Shown here piece after piece: positions 52,191-63,993 of a DNA stretch of 63,993 nt. Under the pieces are notes generated by a model. The model saw nothing but the letters and a program-made list of their open reading frames with translations, ran no database searches and was not told the DNA's origin. The DNA comes from Octopus bimaculoides (Eukaryota). The stretch covers positions 29,539,072 through 29,603,064 of the forward strand of contig NC_068982.1 of assembly GCF_001194135.2 (NCBI RefSeq), written 5' to 3'. How positions within the stretch are numbered: position 1 is the first letter of the stretch; the number at the start of each line of letters is the position of its first letter. Position numbers and translations under genes: made by a program.

Positions 52191-54429
52191 ACAGTTTGCT
52201 TTGGGTTGAGGACATCAACTTCAACAATGTAGTCTTCAAAATCCTAAATGACTTCCATGGCTTTAACCCATTTCCTTCGTCTGATCCACATAGTCCACTA
52301 GCTTAAATATTTACAGTTCTGAACGACTTACAATAATTAATCTCATCAATCACTAGAGTTTCTGATTTACATAATACTTTTAAGCTATATCTCACCTGCA
52401 GACTTGGTGTTCACTCTGATGTTACAACAGCCATAATTCTAGGATACCTGAGTTGTTGGTTTATTACTGCAAGTCACTGTAGACCAAAATGTTACTTTAG
52501 TTTTACATGTAGATTAATCAGTTGAAATCCACCAAATCTCAGTTAAGTAATACTAACAGTAAGAAATCTTTCATAGTTGACCAAATATGAAGTAACGAAA
52601 CACCTAACAGAACCGAACACTCAAGGAATATTTGCCCAAATATATATATATACTAAGAAACCATGTAATTCAATAATTGTTAAGTAATTTACAAAATGTG
52701 TTTTTCTGTAATGCTACATGCTATTGACATACTCTAAAATAGTTCAAATAAATCACTTCCTATCACTCATTTTTGTCAGTTAGTCTTCAATTAGGATAAC
52801 TTTGCCTTCTTATCTTTTTGTTATATTGGTATTTCTGGTGTCTAAGGAGTCCAGTCTTTGCATAAAACGTGACTACACACAAGTTACACTTGATAGAAAG
52901 AGCTAGAAATGTTTGGAGTCGGTGATTTTTCATGTTTATTGAGTGTACAAATTACAGTGTACTGATTTTCTTGTGCAAAGTGTACCAATTGCAATGTCTG
53001 TTATTGCACTGAACACCTTATTCCCTTCTAAAAATCTAAGCCATTAAACTTCTTTCAGAAATTCTTATTCCTAATTGAAAAGTAGGAAAGATAGCAGAAA
53101 CAATGATGACTGGTGTAGGTAGTTTGCAACATTTCACTTAATATTCTACTATTTAGAGTTCAGTTTAAGTTAGGATCAGCTTTATACTTCTTAAGTCTGG
53201 TGGAGATAAATAAATATCAGTCAAGTTGATTTAATCTTTTTTTTCTTTATTTCCTCCTCTATGAAATTGATATTATGATGAGGCAATAAAAATTATGTTC
53301 ATTAATTTATCTAATTTATGTATTTATTCAAAATAAAAATTTGTGATTATATTTGAGCAGAAAAAAAAAAAGAAATCTCTATTAAAGTCAGTAAAGGATC
53401 TTTGTAATCATGTAGTAAAAATAGAAGACAGCAGAGAAAGAAAAGTGAACTTGATTTAATTAAATGAAAGCATAAATTGTATTCTGTACTCTCATGGCAT
53501 GGAACAGACTTCTTGGAGTCCTTAACTCAAAGTCAATCTAACGGTGAAACCTAACCCTAACTAATTTTGACTTGAAACTGCTAAAATTTGTAACAGAATT
53601 AATTTAGGATGAATTATCGGGGAAAAAAATTGTTGTGAAATTAAGATGGCTGATTGAGGTGAATGAAAGAATGTTGATTTGAAATGATGAAAGGAGCAAG
53701 ATGAAATAGAGATATGGAAGTGATATTCACATGAAAGGATATTTTTCTTACTGATAAACAAAATATCACCACCATCATCACCACCATCAATACATTTGGC
53801 ACTATTAACCCTGTCTTTAGAATAAAATATGCACCAACATGGAAGAAGATACAGTTCACTGCTGTCGGCATCAGAATAATTGACAAGGATTTTTTTTTTT
53901 TTGTATGCATGTGTATGTACTGTGATGAGCTAAAAGCCTCCAGAGGCAAAAGCTTCTACAACAGTATCTACAACAACAACAACAACAGCAACAGCAACAA
54001 AAATACAGGAATGAAATAAACTCGTGCTCTGAACAAGAGCGTGAACAAGAATGAAACAAGCTTCTTCCTCTGTAGAATAATAAAATATCTTGTTTGTGTT
54101 CACAGTATTTTCAGATATAAAATAATTAGAACTTTTGCCATGCTTTGTAGCACTCTAATTGAATGATTTTATTGATTAATAGTAATATGTGTAGCATGGA
54201 AAATAATTAAGAACTGATTGAGAGACAGAGAAAACAGCAAAACATGGCATTGTTAATAGTTTTACTATTTTCATTTCAATGATTATTTGCTTTGTACCTG
54301 TTGGAATGCATAGGAAGTTTCCACATAAGAAAGGACAATTAATCTGACAAGTCTAAAGATTAAACCAATATGAACCATATCAATAAGGTCAATGTATAAG
54401 GCTGTTATATTCTAATTTTATCGTTTTAT

Positions 54430-54628
54430 CTTTTACTTGTTTCAATCAATGGATTCTGGTCATGCTGGTACACCACCTTGAATGGTTTAAGTCAAACAAA
54501 TCAACCCCAGTACATTGGTCTTTTTGGGTGAACTGCTAAATTACAAGGACATAAACAAAGCAACACTGGTTTTCAAGCAGTGGGGCAGCATCACAAAGAC
54601 ACATTTACTCACATAGATATATACACTC

Positions 54629-54659
<31 letters not shown>

Positions 54660-54675
54660 CGTGTGCGCGTGTGTG

Positions 54676-54733
<58 letters not shown>

Positions 54734-54893
54734 GGGCTTCTTTCAGTTTCTGTCAACTAAATCCACTCACAGGGCTTTGGTCAGCCCATGGCAAAATAAG
54801 AAGACACTTGCCCAATATGCCAAGCAGTGGGATTGAACCGAAAGTGACGTGGTAGAGAAATGAACTTCTTAGCACACAGCCATGTCTGTGCCA
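54430..54893 (-). mobile_element. SINE-A, full length, with expanded internal (TG)n
   Basis: Both halves are present; (TG)n spans 54640-54732. Confidence 0.85.
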
Positions 54894-55331
54894 TATAGCC
54901 ACACTTGTATGCTTATAAGTGTTTACACACACACACACACACACATACACACACACTCACACATATGTATCTGTGTGTGTGTGTGTGTATGCATCTAGTT
55001 TGATACTAAGACTGGTTAACTTGTGCCCCTGAACAACACATGTCACTACAGGATGCTCCCATTTATTCAACTGAAAGTGAGTACCAGTTGAGCGCTGGTA
55101 CAACAATCCTTCCTTCTGGCTGTCACACTTCAGTACTCTGCTGTTTTGATCAAGGGTTGAAGGTCCAAGAGCGTATTTGTATCTGCTAATAACTACACAG
55201 ACACCTAAAGCATTTAGTGAAAACATGGAACAAGCTACCAGACCATACTAGTGAACAACAGCTAAGCTGCTTTTTGTACTGTATATTTAAACAAACTAAC
55301 TAGAAGTCACTTTAGTCAACTAGAAGTGTTG

Positions 55332-55664
55332 TTGGTACTCCGTCGCTTATGACGTCGAGGGTTCCAGTTGATCCGATCAACGGAACAGCTTGCTAGTGAA
55401 ATTAGCGTGCAAGTGGCTGAGCACTCCACAGACATGTGTACCCTTAATGTAGTTCTCGGAGATATTCAGCGTGATACAGTGTGACAAGGCTGACCCTTTG
55501 AATTACAGGCACAAAAGAAACAGGAAGAAAGAGTGAGAGAAAGTTGTGGTGAAAGAGTACAGCAAGGTTCGCCACTATCCCCTGCCGGAGCCTCATGGAG
55601 CTTTTAGGTGTTTTCGTTCAATAAACACTCACAATGCCCGGTCTGGGAATCAAAACCGCGATCC
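55332..55664 (-). mobile_element. SINE-C, young; its 5' end runs into a gap
   Basis: CpG-rich. The 3' half is the reverse complement of 37290-37460; the 5' part differs. Confidence 0.85.
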
Positions 55665-56275
55665 NNNNNNNNNNNNNNNNNNNNNNNNNNNNNNNNNNNN
55701 NNNNNNNNNNNNNNNNNNNNNNNNNNNNNNNNNNNNNNNNNNNNNNNNNNNNNNNNNNNNNNNNNNNNNNNNNNNNNNNNNNNNNNNNNNNNNNNNNNNN
55801 NNNNNNNNNNNNNNNNNNNNNNNNNNNNNNNNNNNNNNNNNNNNNNNNNNNNNNNNNNNNNNNNNNNNNNNNNNNNNNNNNNNNNNNNNNNNNNNNNNNN
55901 NNNNNNNNNNNNNNNNNNNNNNNNNNNNNNNNNNNNNNNNNNNNNNNNNNNNNNNNNNNNNNNNNNNNNNNNNNNNNNNNNNNNNNNNNNNNNNNNNNNN
56001 NNNNNNNNNNNNNNNNNNNNNNNNNNNNNNNNNNNNNNNNNNNNNNNNNNNNNNNNNNNNNNNNNNNNNNAAAAAAAAAAAAAAAAAAATAAATAAATAA
56101 ATAAATAAATAAATAAAATAAAATAAACTAAAAAAATTGTCATGTAATTTTGACTTTGTTTCAAATTTTATTTCTCAAACATTGCAGAAATAATAAAATG
56201 AAGATTAGAGGAACAAATGGTTTTATAATCTTTAAGGAGATGACAAAAATTAAGATTTCGTAAGAAATCAGAAGA

Positions 56276-56426
56276 TGACTACTACTACTACAACTACTAC
56301 TACAACCTCTACTACAACTACTACTACTACTACTGCTGCCGCCACCGCTGCTGCTGCCGCTGCTGCCGCTGCTGCCGCTGCTGCCGCTGCTGCCGCTGCT
56401 GCCGCTGCTGCTGCTGCTACTACTAT

Positions 56427-56471
<45 letters not shown>

Positions 56472-56675
56472 AGCTGTTGATGATGACGATGACGACAACA
56501 ATGATGATGATTATTATTATGATGATTTTGATGCTTTGCACTCCAGATTATGTTACTGTTGATTTGATGATGATGATGATGATGATGATGATTGCATGGT
56601 AGTCGTGGTGGTGGCGATGGTGGTGGTGGTAGTGATAGTGGTGGTGATAATAGTAGTAGTAGTAGTAGTAATAGC

Positions 56676-56725
<50 letters not shown>
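56276..56725. repeat. Compound trinucleotide mosaic: (ACT)n, (GCTGCTGCC)n, (ACT)n, (GAT)n, (GGT)n, (AGT)n
   Basis: Direct reading. Confidence 0.95.
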
Positions 56726-57966
56726 GTTCTGCTATTCCTCTCTTGCAACGTTTCAATTTGAAATATCTTTATGGATTTCAAAAAAATACAAGCAAGAAAC
56801 AAAAAAAAAAAATGAAACCATTAGCTTACATCTTACATAGAGTAGGTGGGGGTGGGGTGGTTAGAAGGGAAAAAAATTGTTTAATATTATTTCAGAAAAC
56901 ATTGCTTTTAACATAAATTCCTCATCATCATTAAAGCTAACCGTTCCCCCACCTGCATACACTACCATATACACACTATATATTAGCTACAAACACACAC
57001 ACACGCATGCGCGTGCATGCGTGCACACACAACAACACACTATGCACCAACATCTGGATTATCACGCTTGTAATCTCTGCTTCTTTTTCATTTCTTCGTT
57101 ATCATTTTTACTATGTTATGTAGTATGTTTTTAATGTTTGCTTTGCTATGTTATGCTGTGCAAGCAACACAAATGAAGGCCTCTGGGAACAGTAGAAATA
57201 GGGCTTTGAATTCCCTCAAAAAAAAAAGCAAAAAAAAGCATGTAAAATACTTGAAGGAAACAATATACCAGGTGAAGTGTGAGATACTACAATAGACCAA
57301 TGTGGTTTGCTGACCCATCTTTCTCCTAATATTTTATCAATTTATTTATTTCAACTCCAGGCAAGGATATGGTAATGGGCTAGAGGGGGTAAAGATAAAA
57401 TTAATCCTTGTATAAGATGTCAGAAATATATAGCTAACTTCTAATATATTTGTTCGCCAGTTTTCACACTGGTGATTTTTTAAAGATATTTCAATAGAAT
57501 TAAACCTAAATTTATTTTCCAGCAGTTCATTTTGTAATATTATTTCATTGTATCCTGAGTTGGAAAAATCTTATGAGCATTGATAGAATTTGTAAAACAT
57601 GAATAAGAACTATGACTAAATTCTGTTGTTAACTTGTAATTCCATTTACATTAATTGTTCTTGGTTTTCTTAGACAGTTTATTATATTCAAGTGTATTGA
57701 ACAGAATTTTCTTACATCTTATAATATTAGATTTATCATACTTGGTCCGTTTATTTAATATTTCGTATTCTGAGGTGTTCAGCTGGAAATTTTGAAATTC
57801 ATTCAGTTTATATTTGTATGTATATACATACGTACATATGTACATATGTGCATACATGCATACATACAAACATACATGCATAGATTTGGTGATGTGAACA
57901 GGAAAACAGAATTCAAAATATGAGAATATATATATATGTATAATTGCCATTAAATATGACCAAGAT

Positions 57967-58332
57967 TGTTAGAACACCAACAATGCTAGAAATAAGAGCT
58001 AAAATGCTCTGATGCTGCAGTCAACGCACATAATTTTATACATACATACTGACAGCAACCATAAATGGCTGAAAGTGACAGCTGAGATATCCCTATACTG
58101 TCAGACACTTTCATCTTTAACACCAGAGCATCTTCAATAAGATCAGCACGACTCCCCAGATTCTGGGTCCTACTGAAGAGGCTCCAGTGTTAAAGCCGAA
58201 ACAGTCCAACAGTATAGGGTTATCTCAATTGCTGCTTTCGGTTATTTATGGTCGCTGTCAGTATGTATGTATACGATTATGTGTATTGATTGCCTCTTAG
58301 CTCTTATTTCTAGCATTGTAGGTGTTCTAACA
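57967..58332. mobile_element. Inverted pair of Penelope-like terminal repeats (large imperfect palindrome)
   Basis: The left arm TGTTAGAACACC-ACAATGCTAGAAATAAGAGCTAA... is the reverse complement of the right arm ...TTAGCTCTTATTTCTAGCATTGTAGGTGTTCTAACA. The arms meet across a spacer at ~58144-58166, and each arm carries a hammerhead motif. Confidence 0.75.
58169..58218 (+). ncRNA. Canonical type I hammerhead ribozyme motif
   Basis: Stem I CCTA/TAGG; core CTGAAGA (58173-79); stem II GGCT/AGCC; GAAA (58198-201); stem III ACAGT-cca-ACAGT with one A:A mismatch; GUA site, with predicted cleavage after 58214. Confidence 0.8.
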
Positions 58333-58654
58333 CCCTCCGTCATATCTAATGACAATTATAGTTTTCCTTTTTGGTAACACATAGCTAAACCGCTGCCTAT
58401 TTTAATTATGTATATATATACCCAGATTTTCATCACTCACTCCCCGCTCTCTGCACTCCTTCACAATATCATACTTCCTTCACAATATCCTGCCACTTAT
58501 ATTATGGCATTCGAACCTTAAGGGTATTCCCTGGCACTTGCCACCATCTATATCTCTCTCTTCCTTTACTCAACCATTCCATTTATATTCTGATCCCCGT
58601 TCCTTGTTGAGGGAACTTGTGGAAGAGGTAGACCCATTTGAGTGTGGCTGTTGT

Positions 58655-58870
58655 CAGTACTGCCTGACTGGCCCTCGTGCCAGTCTGGCACCCACTACAC
58701 TCTCAGAGTGGTTGGCGTTAGGAAGGGCATCCAGCTGTAGAAACTCTGCCAGATCAGATTGGAGCCTGGTGCAGCCATCTGGTTCGCCAGTCCTCAGTCA
58801 AATCTTCCAACCCATGCCAGCATGGAAAGCAGACATTAAATGATGATGATGATGATAATGATGATGATGG
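58655..58870 (+). mobile_element. RTE family D 3' end
   Basis: Near consensus, with a (GAT)n tail at 58840-58870. Confidence 0.9.
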
Positions 58871-58871
58871 T

Positions 58872-59130
58872 ATATGGCTAAGTGGTCAGGGTGTTGCACT
58901 CACGGTTGCAAGATTGTGGTTTCAATTCCCAGACCGAGTGTTTTGTTATGTTCATGAGCAAAACACTTCATTCTACGTTGCTCTGTGATCATTTTGTCAA
59001 CTGACATGTGGCACATGGTGCACCTGTACAGGTAATGTAGATTTGATGGAGGGAGTGAGCTTATGTGAACACAAACATATAATTGCTATAAGCAAATCAT
59101 CTGTGTAGTTGTTTGGCAAGAGATTGCTGA
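58872..59130 (+). mobile_element. SINE-C variant with a third tail type
   Basis: TGGCTAAGTGGTC...GTTTCAATTCCC...TGAGCAAAACACTTCATTCTACGTTGCTC, followed by a distinct 3' part. Confidence 0.7.
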
Positions 59131-59163
59131 ACCCTCATATGTCATCTAACAGGAGAGTCCATT

Positions 59164-59214
<51 letters not shown>

Positions 59215-59289
59215 TGACAATTGTTTATGTCTCCTTTTGTCAAGAAGAGCTTGATGTATTGGTAAACAGTCGATGGCAGTGGAGAGCAT

Positions 59290-60322
59290 AAATTTTAAAG
59301 TTGTAATTGAGAAAAAGTCATGTGACATGGAGGACTGGAAGCTATTTGTATAGTGGTAAAGAGTTACCTATATCATGATGATTTAGGCTCAGAGTCAAAA
59401 TGCCAACATCATGACTGCTGTTCAAAATTCTGTGAACACTGTAAAGGCTGCAAGGCATGACATGGACAGCTGCAGAAGAGACTATGAGGCTGTGGCTGGC
59501 AGGAAGAGACACAGCAAGTGTTCTGACTACATTTGCACTCTGGAATTCATCCTTGCATCTATGAACAGAGCCTTAAGCTCAATTCAGATGGCTATGTAAA
59601 TCAATCCAAATGACTATATAGGCTCAATTCAAATGGTTATATAGGCTCAATTCAGATAGCTATGTAGACTCAATTCAAAAATGCTATGTAGGCTCAATTC
59701 AGATAGCTATGTAGGCTCAATTCAAATGGCTATGTAGACTCAATTCAGATGGCTATGTAGGCTCAGTTCAAATGGCTATGTAGACTCAATTCAGATGGTT
59801 ATGTAGCCTCAATTCAAATGGCTATGTAGGCTCAACTCAGATGGCTATGTGAAGTGGCTGGAGACAGTGGTCAAATGCTGGCTGGAGTGGGTTGCTCCTG
59901 GAAAGTAATATGTGTGGCAGCAGGATTCAGTTCCTTACCATACCTCTAGAATGAGTCAGAAGTGTTTGTTGGAGAATCTCTACGACTTCACCAGCTCCAA
60001 TTTCTGGTTTCCTAATTTCTCAATTGTAAACCCATGGATTACTACATGTTGAGAAACACACCAACTGCTCTGCTTGCAATGCCAAGGCCAAGGAGGTGTT
60101 CAAAGATCTCAAGGATATAGTGAGGAACACATGCATCAGGTTCTAAAGCAATTGTGAGGCTGTGGTGGAAGCTATAGGTATCTACTTTGAGTAAGGTGTT
60201 ATCTTCTAGCCATAATCCAGTCAATATTTTTTGATTTCTTTAAACTACCTTTATTTTCAAATGAGATATTGTTTTCTTTTCCTTTTATGCAAACTATCAA
60301 ATTTACCCTGAACACCCAATAA
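59290..60322 (+). mobile_element. Internally deleted maT/DD37D-like Tc1/mariner element
   Basis: N-terminal SVNTVKAARHDMDSCRRDYEAVAGRKRHSKCSDYICTLEFI is joined to LETVVKCWLEWVAPGK*YVWQQDSVPYHTS...FWFPN...NPMDYY...EAVVEAIGIYFE*. A TIR-like right end reads AACTATCAAATTTACCCTGAACACCCAATA. Confidence 0.8.
59576..59851 (+). repeat. 23-bp minisatellite, 12 units (GGCTCAATTCARATGGCTATGTA)
   Basis: Units start at 59576, 59599, 59621, 59644, 59667, 59691, 59714, 59737, 59760, 59783, 59806 and 59829; there are no spacers. Confidence 0.95.
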
Positions 60323-61199
60323 TGGGTTTAAATGAACCTGCATCTACATGGCTGTCTCACACACACATGAATATATGTATGTTATTGTATGTTTGAATAT
60401 ATGCACTTCAAATATTTTGTGAAGGACTCTAATGATGATGACAATGATGCTGATGATGGTAGTGGTGGTGGTGGTGGTGGTGGTGGTGATGTCAATGATG
60501 ACATCAATTTAGATGGCATGTAATGATTCCACTGTTCATGATAATGAATTCATTCACTGCAGTGAATGAAATCAGTAATATTGTCCCTGACAACAGATGC
60601 AAGGAAAGGATTCAATGTGATTGATATAATTAAACTTCTTATTTCCTAACATTAAGCATAGAGAGAAAAATCCTGGCCATAGGTTAACTGCAGAAAAAAA
60701 TCACAAATAAAAGCCAAACTGCGTGGGAATTTCAGTGAGGTCATTTATTGAAAGACATTTGCGGAGAGAAAGAGAACCACTCCATTTCATTCACTTCATT
60801 TCAGAAGTAGAATATTACAGTTGGTATGGCAGTTAAACACAGTATTATTGGCAGTGATAAACAAAATAGGCTTGCAGCATCAACAATTACCTCTGATTTT
60901 CAAAATCTAGACATTTGTAAACTGAGAGAATTATGTCTAGTGCAAAAATTTCACCATCTTAATGAAATATTTTAAATAATAATGTTCACATTGTAAAACA
61001 TTCATCAAAATTACTAAACTTAAATTAAAATAAAAAGAAATTTGCGAAGTCAGCTATAATTTATGTATTTTGGTTGCTAACTCATACTGCTTCTCAATGC
61101 TACTTACTATACCTCCATTATGCATATAGCTGATGTGAGAACCTTTGTAGTTACTCCAACTAAATATGTTGATTGATATCCATAATGTCATTGCTTTCA

Positions 61200-62800
61200 C
61201 TTTCACCAAACTTTTCAGTTTTACATTCTTTATAGATATTAATATTCATTTATGGAAGCACTTGAAAGTGTTTCCTCTACTTAAGAACAACACTGCTGAT
61301 GCTGCCAACTTCTATCCTTGCTGTTGCAACATCTCTCAAAGTCAATTGAAACTGTCGTCAACTATCAACTCTATAACCATCTTCAATTTCTTATACCTCC
61401 TCAGTAATCATAAATACAGGTTCCACAAAGCCAAATCATCCAGATACTTGCTCTCAAATCTTATACATCAGTGATCATTCACTCACTCAGAGGAACTTCA
61501 TTAACAGTAGTGTTATTGTCTTTAACAACACTAAAGCTTTAACCAAATCTTGTAAGGTAATCTGCTTATAAACTCGAATCATTCCTGCATCTCTTAGACT
61601 GGGAGTTTCTTGTCACAGTGGCATGTATCAACAGGGATCGCTATATTCAATAGTCTATAATCTCTGGTATTACTTCAGAGTATGATTATCTCTTCTAGTC
61701 TCTTCTTCGTTGAAGTAATATGTTCAAAACGGCAATGCAATAATAATGTAACAGCCTACTTTCATTCAACAACACTAAGCTGTAGTCCTTACATATACCA
61801 AGAAAATAAACCTGAAATATTATACCTTTCTTACTCAACTATAAAACTTCACAAATTTTACAATTGCTTGGGCACACAATTTCTTATAACCCTTAATTGT
61901 GACCCACATTTCTATAATATAACTAAACCTACACCTTAAAGGCTTGGCTTCCTTTTCAAGACCACAATATGCTTAAACTTTGATTAGTCATGAATCTGTT
62001 GCACTGTTCTACCCCAATGCAATCCACAGAGTAATTCTCATATACTTCAGAAGGAGCAACTGTTACAGATATAAACATCCCAAATCACATCCAGATGAAG
62101 GCTCACTCGGCTGACTGACAATTCTTCACTTACTCTTTTACTCTTTTACTTGTTTCAGTCATTTGACTGCAGCCATGCTGAAGCACCGCCTTTAGTCGAG
62201 CAAATCGACCCCAGGATTTATTCTTTGGAAGCCTAATACTTATTCTATCGGTCTCTTTTGCCAAACCGCTAAGTTACGGGATGTAAATACACCAGCATCG
62301 GTTGTCAAGCGATGCTGGGGGGACAAACACAAACACACAAACATATACACGCACATACATATATATATATACATATATACGACGGGCTTCTTTCAGTTTC
62401 TGTCTATCAAATCCACTCACAAGGCTTTGGTCGGCCCGAGGCTATAGTAGAAGACACTTGCCCAAGGTGCCACGCAGTGGGAATGAACCCGGAACCATGT
62501 GGTTGGTAAGTAAGCTACTTACCACACACAGCCACTCCTGTGCCTTACTAACATGAAACCAATAATCTGTAGTCTATCACTATATTATATATTTTCTGTC
62601 ATTTTTAGATTAACATCAACTGTTCCTGTTCCTCTAAACTTGAAAGTTGTGCATCATCTGTACTGAAACACAGCATCGTCTCTACAAAAACTCACCTTCA
62701 AACCCCATTCTAAACTTTACAACAGTCTTTCCTTTATCAGAACTACAATGTTCTCCCTGTCCATATACTCCCTCCAAACATCAACCTGCAGCTGATTAAT
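61200..62800 (+). mobile_element. Decayed L2/CR1-type LINE RT region, interrupted by SINE-A
   Basis: WKHLKVFPLLK...ANFYP...LLSNHKYRFHKAKSS, then CLG...DPHFYNITK...RLGFLFK and IQMKA; resumes after 62544 (SLSLYY...VP). Confidence 0.75.
62131..62544 (-). mobile_element. SINE-A, young, full length
   Basis: Near consensus, with a (TACTCTTT)n tail on the + strand. Confidence 0.92.
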
Positions 62801-63234
62801 ATAAATGTCAGATGTATAGCCATCAAAAGTCCCCAAAAGATTGTAAAGTTTATAGTGTTTTTCTTTCTTAAATTTATAACAAAATCCGACTTGACAAAAA
62901 TATCCTGATTGTTTAGTTGACAGTACCTTGGGAAAGCAATATAGTGTGGATATGTGAAAGAAAGTGTCTAAAAAATGTAAAGGGCTTTAGATGATCATGT
63001 GAAGCAGAAGGATGACAATATACCAGTGGTTCAAGAAGAGGCTGGTTGTTGTTGGGGTTTGGCTGAATCCATTATGTTCTATCCTTAGGAGTAATAATCT
63101 ACAAGCTGAAGAAGTAATCAAAACAATACTTCACAAGAGATATGACAGAGACATGTGGAAGAAAGAGCAAAGCTGAAAACAAAAGAACAAATCCTCAGAG
63201 AAATGGTAAAATAAAATAGTTGCAGCTAGGTTGA

Positions 63235-63335
63235 AGTGGCTACAACTGCAACCAGTTTGGTGTGGTGACTGCAAGATAACAGACAGAAAAAGCATGCTAC
63301 AATGTGGATCAAAGCAACACAAAGATTCTCTGATA
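63235..63335 (+). mobile_element. Possible decayed double CCHC zinc-knuckle (gag/ORF1-like) remnant
   Basis: With frameshifts it reads (G)YNCNQFG...DCK...ACY-CGSKQH. Confidence 0.4.
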
Positions 63336-63955
63336 GCATAAATCTATCAAAGCTGCTCTGCATTGTTAGACAAGTGACATTGTTGCATAATGACAAGGTT
63401 ATTGCAATGTCCAGTCACCAGCAGATAAAGGAAATATCCTGCTGTACAAGCTGTGTGTAGTATATATATATACATGTATATATAAACTTATGCAATAAGC
63501 AGCCCTATAATATAAACATAATCAATATCACAAACGTAATGCATATGTGTTGTTTAAAGTCCAGAAGTTGTAGGTTTTCTTTTTTTCTTTTACTTTTTTA
63601 TTTTTTTTGTCAGACTAGTGATTCTGATTTCGAATTGATGCAGTACACAGCATTGATAAGCTTCTATTATAACAAAATATGGTATCTGCCCCTCTTGTGA
63701 TCCTTTCTAGGGGTGATTTCGTTTTGTCTACTTCTGAGATATATTGTGTTTTTTAACACTATATGTCTTTAAATGCATTCTTGCAAGATGAAAAACCACA
63801 TCCTCTGGCTTTTAATCAACACATACATATTAAGTTTGTGGTATTGACAATGCTTGCACTCACACACAAACACATATATGTATATGTGTATGCATATACA
63901 TGTGTGTGAGTATTTATATGTATATATAATATAAATATTATATATATTCATATAT

Positions 63956-63993
<38 letters not shown>

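Noticed and set aside
53549-53561. CCTAACCCTAAC as a telomeric repeat
   Set aside because: Only about two units, which is expected by chance.
59576-59851. Regular 23-bp repeats as a CRISPR array
   Set aside because: The units are contiguous with no spacers, the context is eukaryotic, and the unit derives from transposase sequence.
62092-62118. CAGATGAAGGCT...GGCTGA as a hammerhead
   Set aside because: It lacks U4 and GAAA and lies in frame within the L2/CR1 RT remnant (IQMKA).

Overview
AT-rich eukaryotic genomic DNA that reads as a repeat-dense intron or intergenic region. It has many (TA)n, (CA)n and trinucleotide microsatellites and about 15 N-gaps, most bounded by (TA)n. The repeat families resemble those I recall from coleoid cephalopods (Octopus); this is an inference, not a database result. 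I could not support any host protein-coding exon, and the supplied ORFs are almost all microsatellite, gap or repeat read-throughs. The window contains three tRNA-headed SINE families (here SINE-A, -B, -C), many 3' ends of an RTE LINE with a (GAT)n tail, and decayed RTE and L2/CR1-type reverse-transcriptase remnants. It also contains pogo/Tigger and maT/DD37D transposase remnants and piggyBac-, hAT-, Tc1- and mariner-type MITEs, several of them nested. The most interesting signal is a set of about 10 type I hammerhead-ribozyme-like motifs of the kind carried by Penelope-like elements and retrozymes. Two are near-canonical (33281-33326 and 58169-58218). The second lies in a ~365-bp palindrome, and two weaker ones end the units of a ~320-bp tandem duplication. 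All coordinates were read by eye; repeat boundaries are approximate (about +/-10-20 bp).
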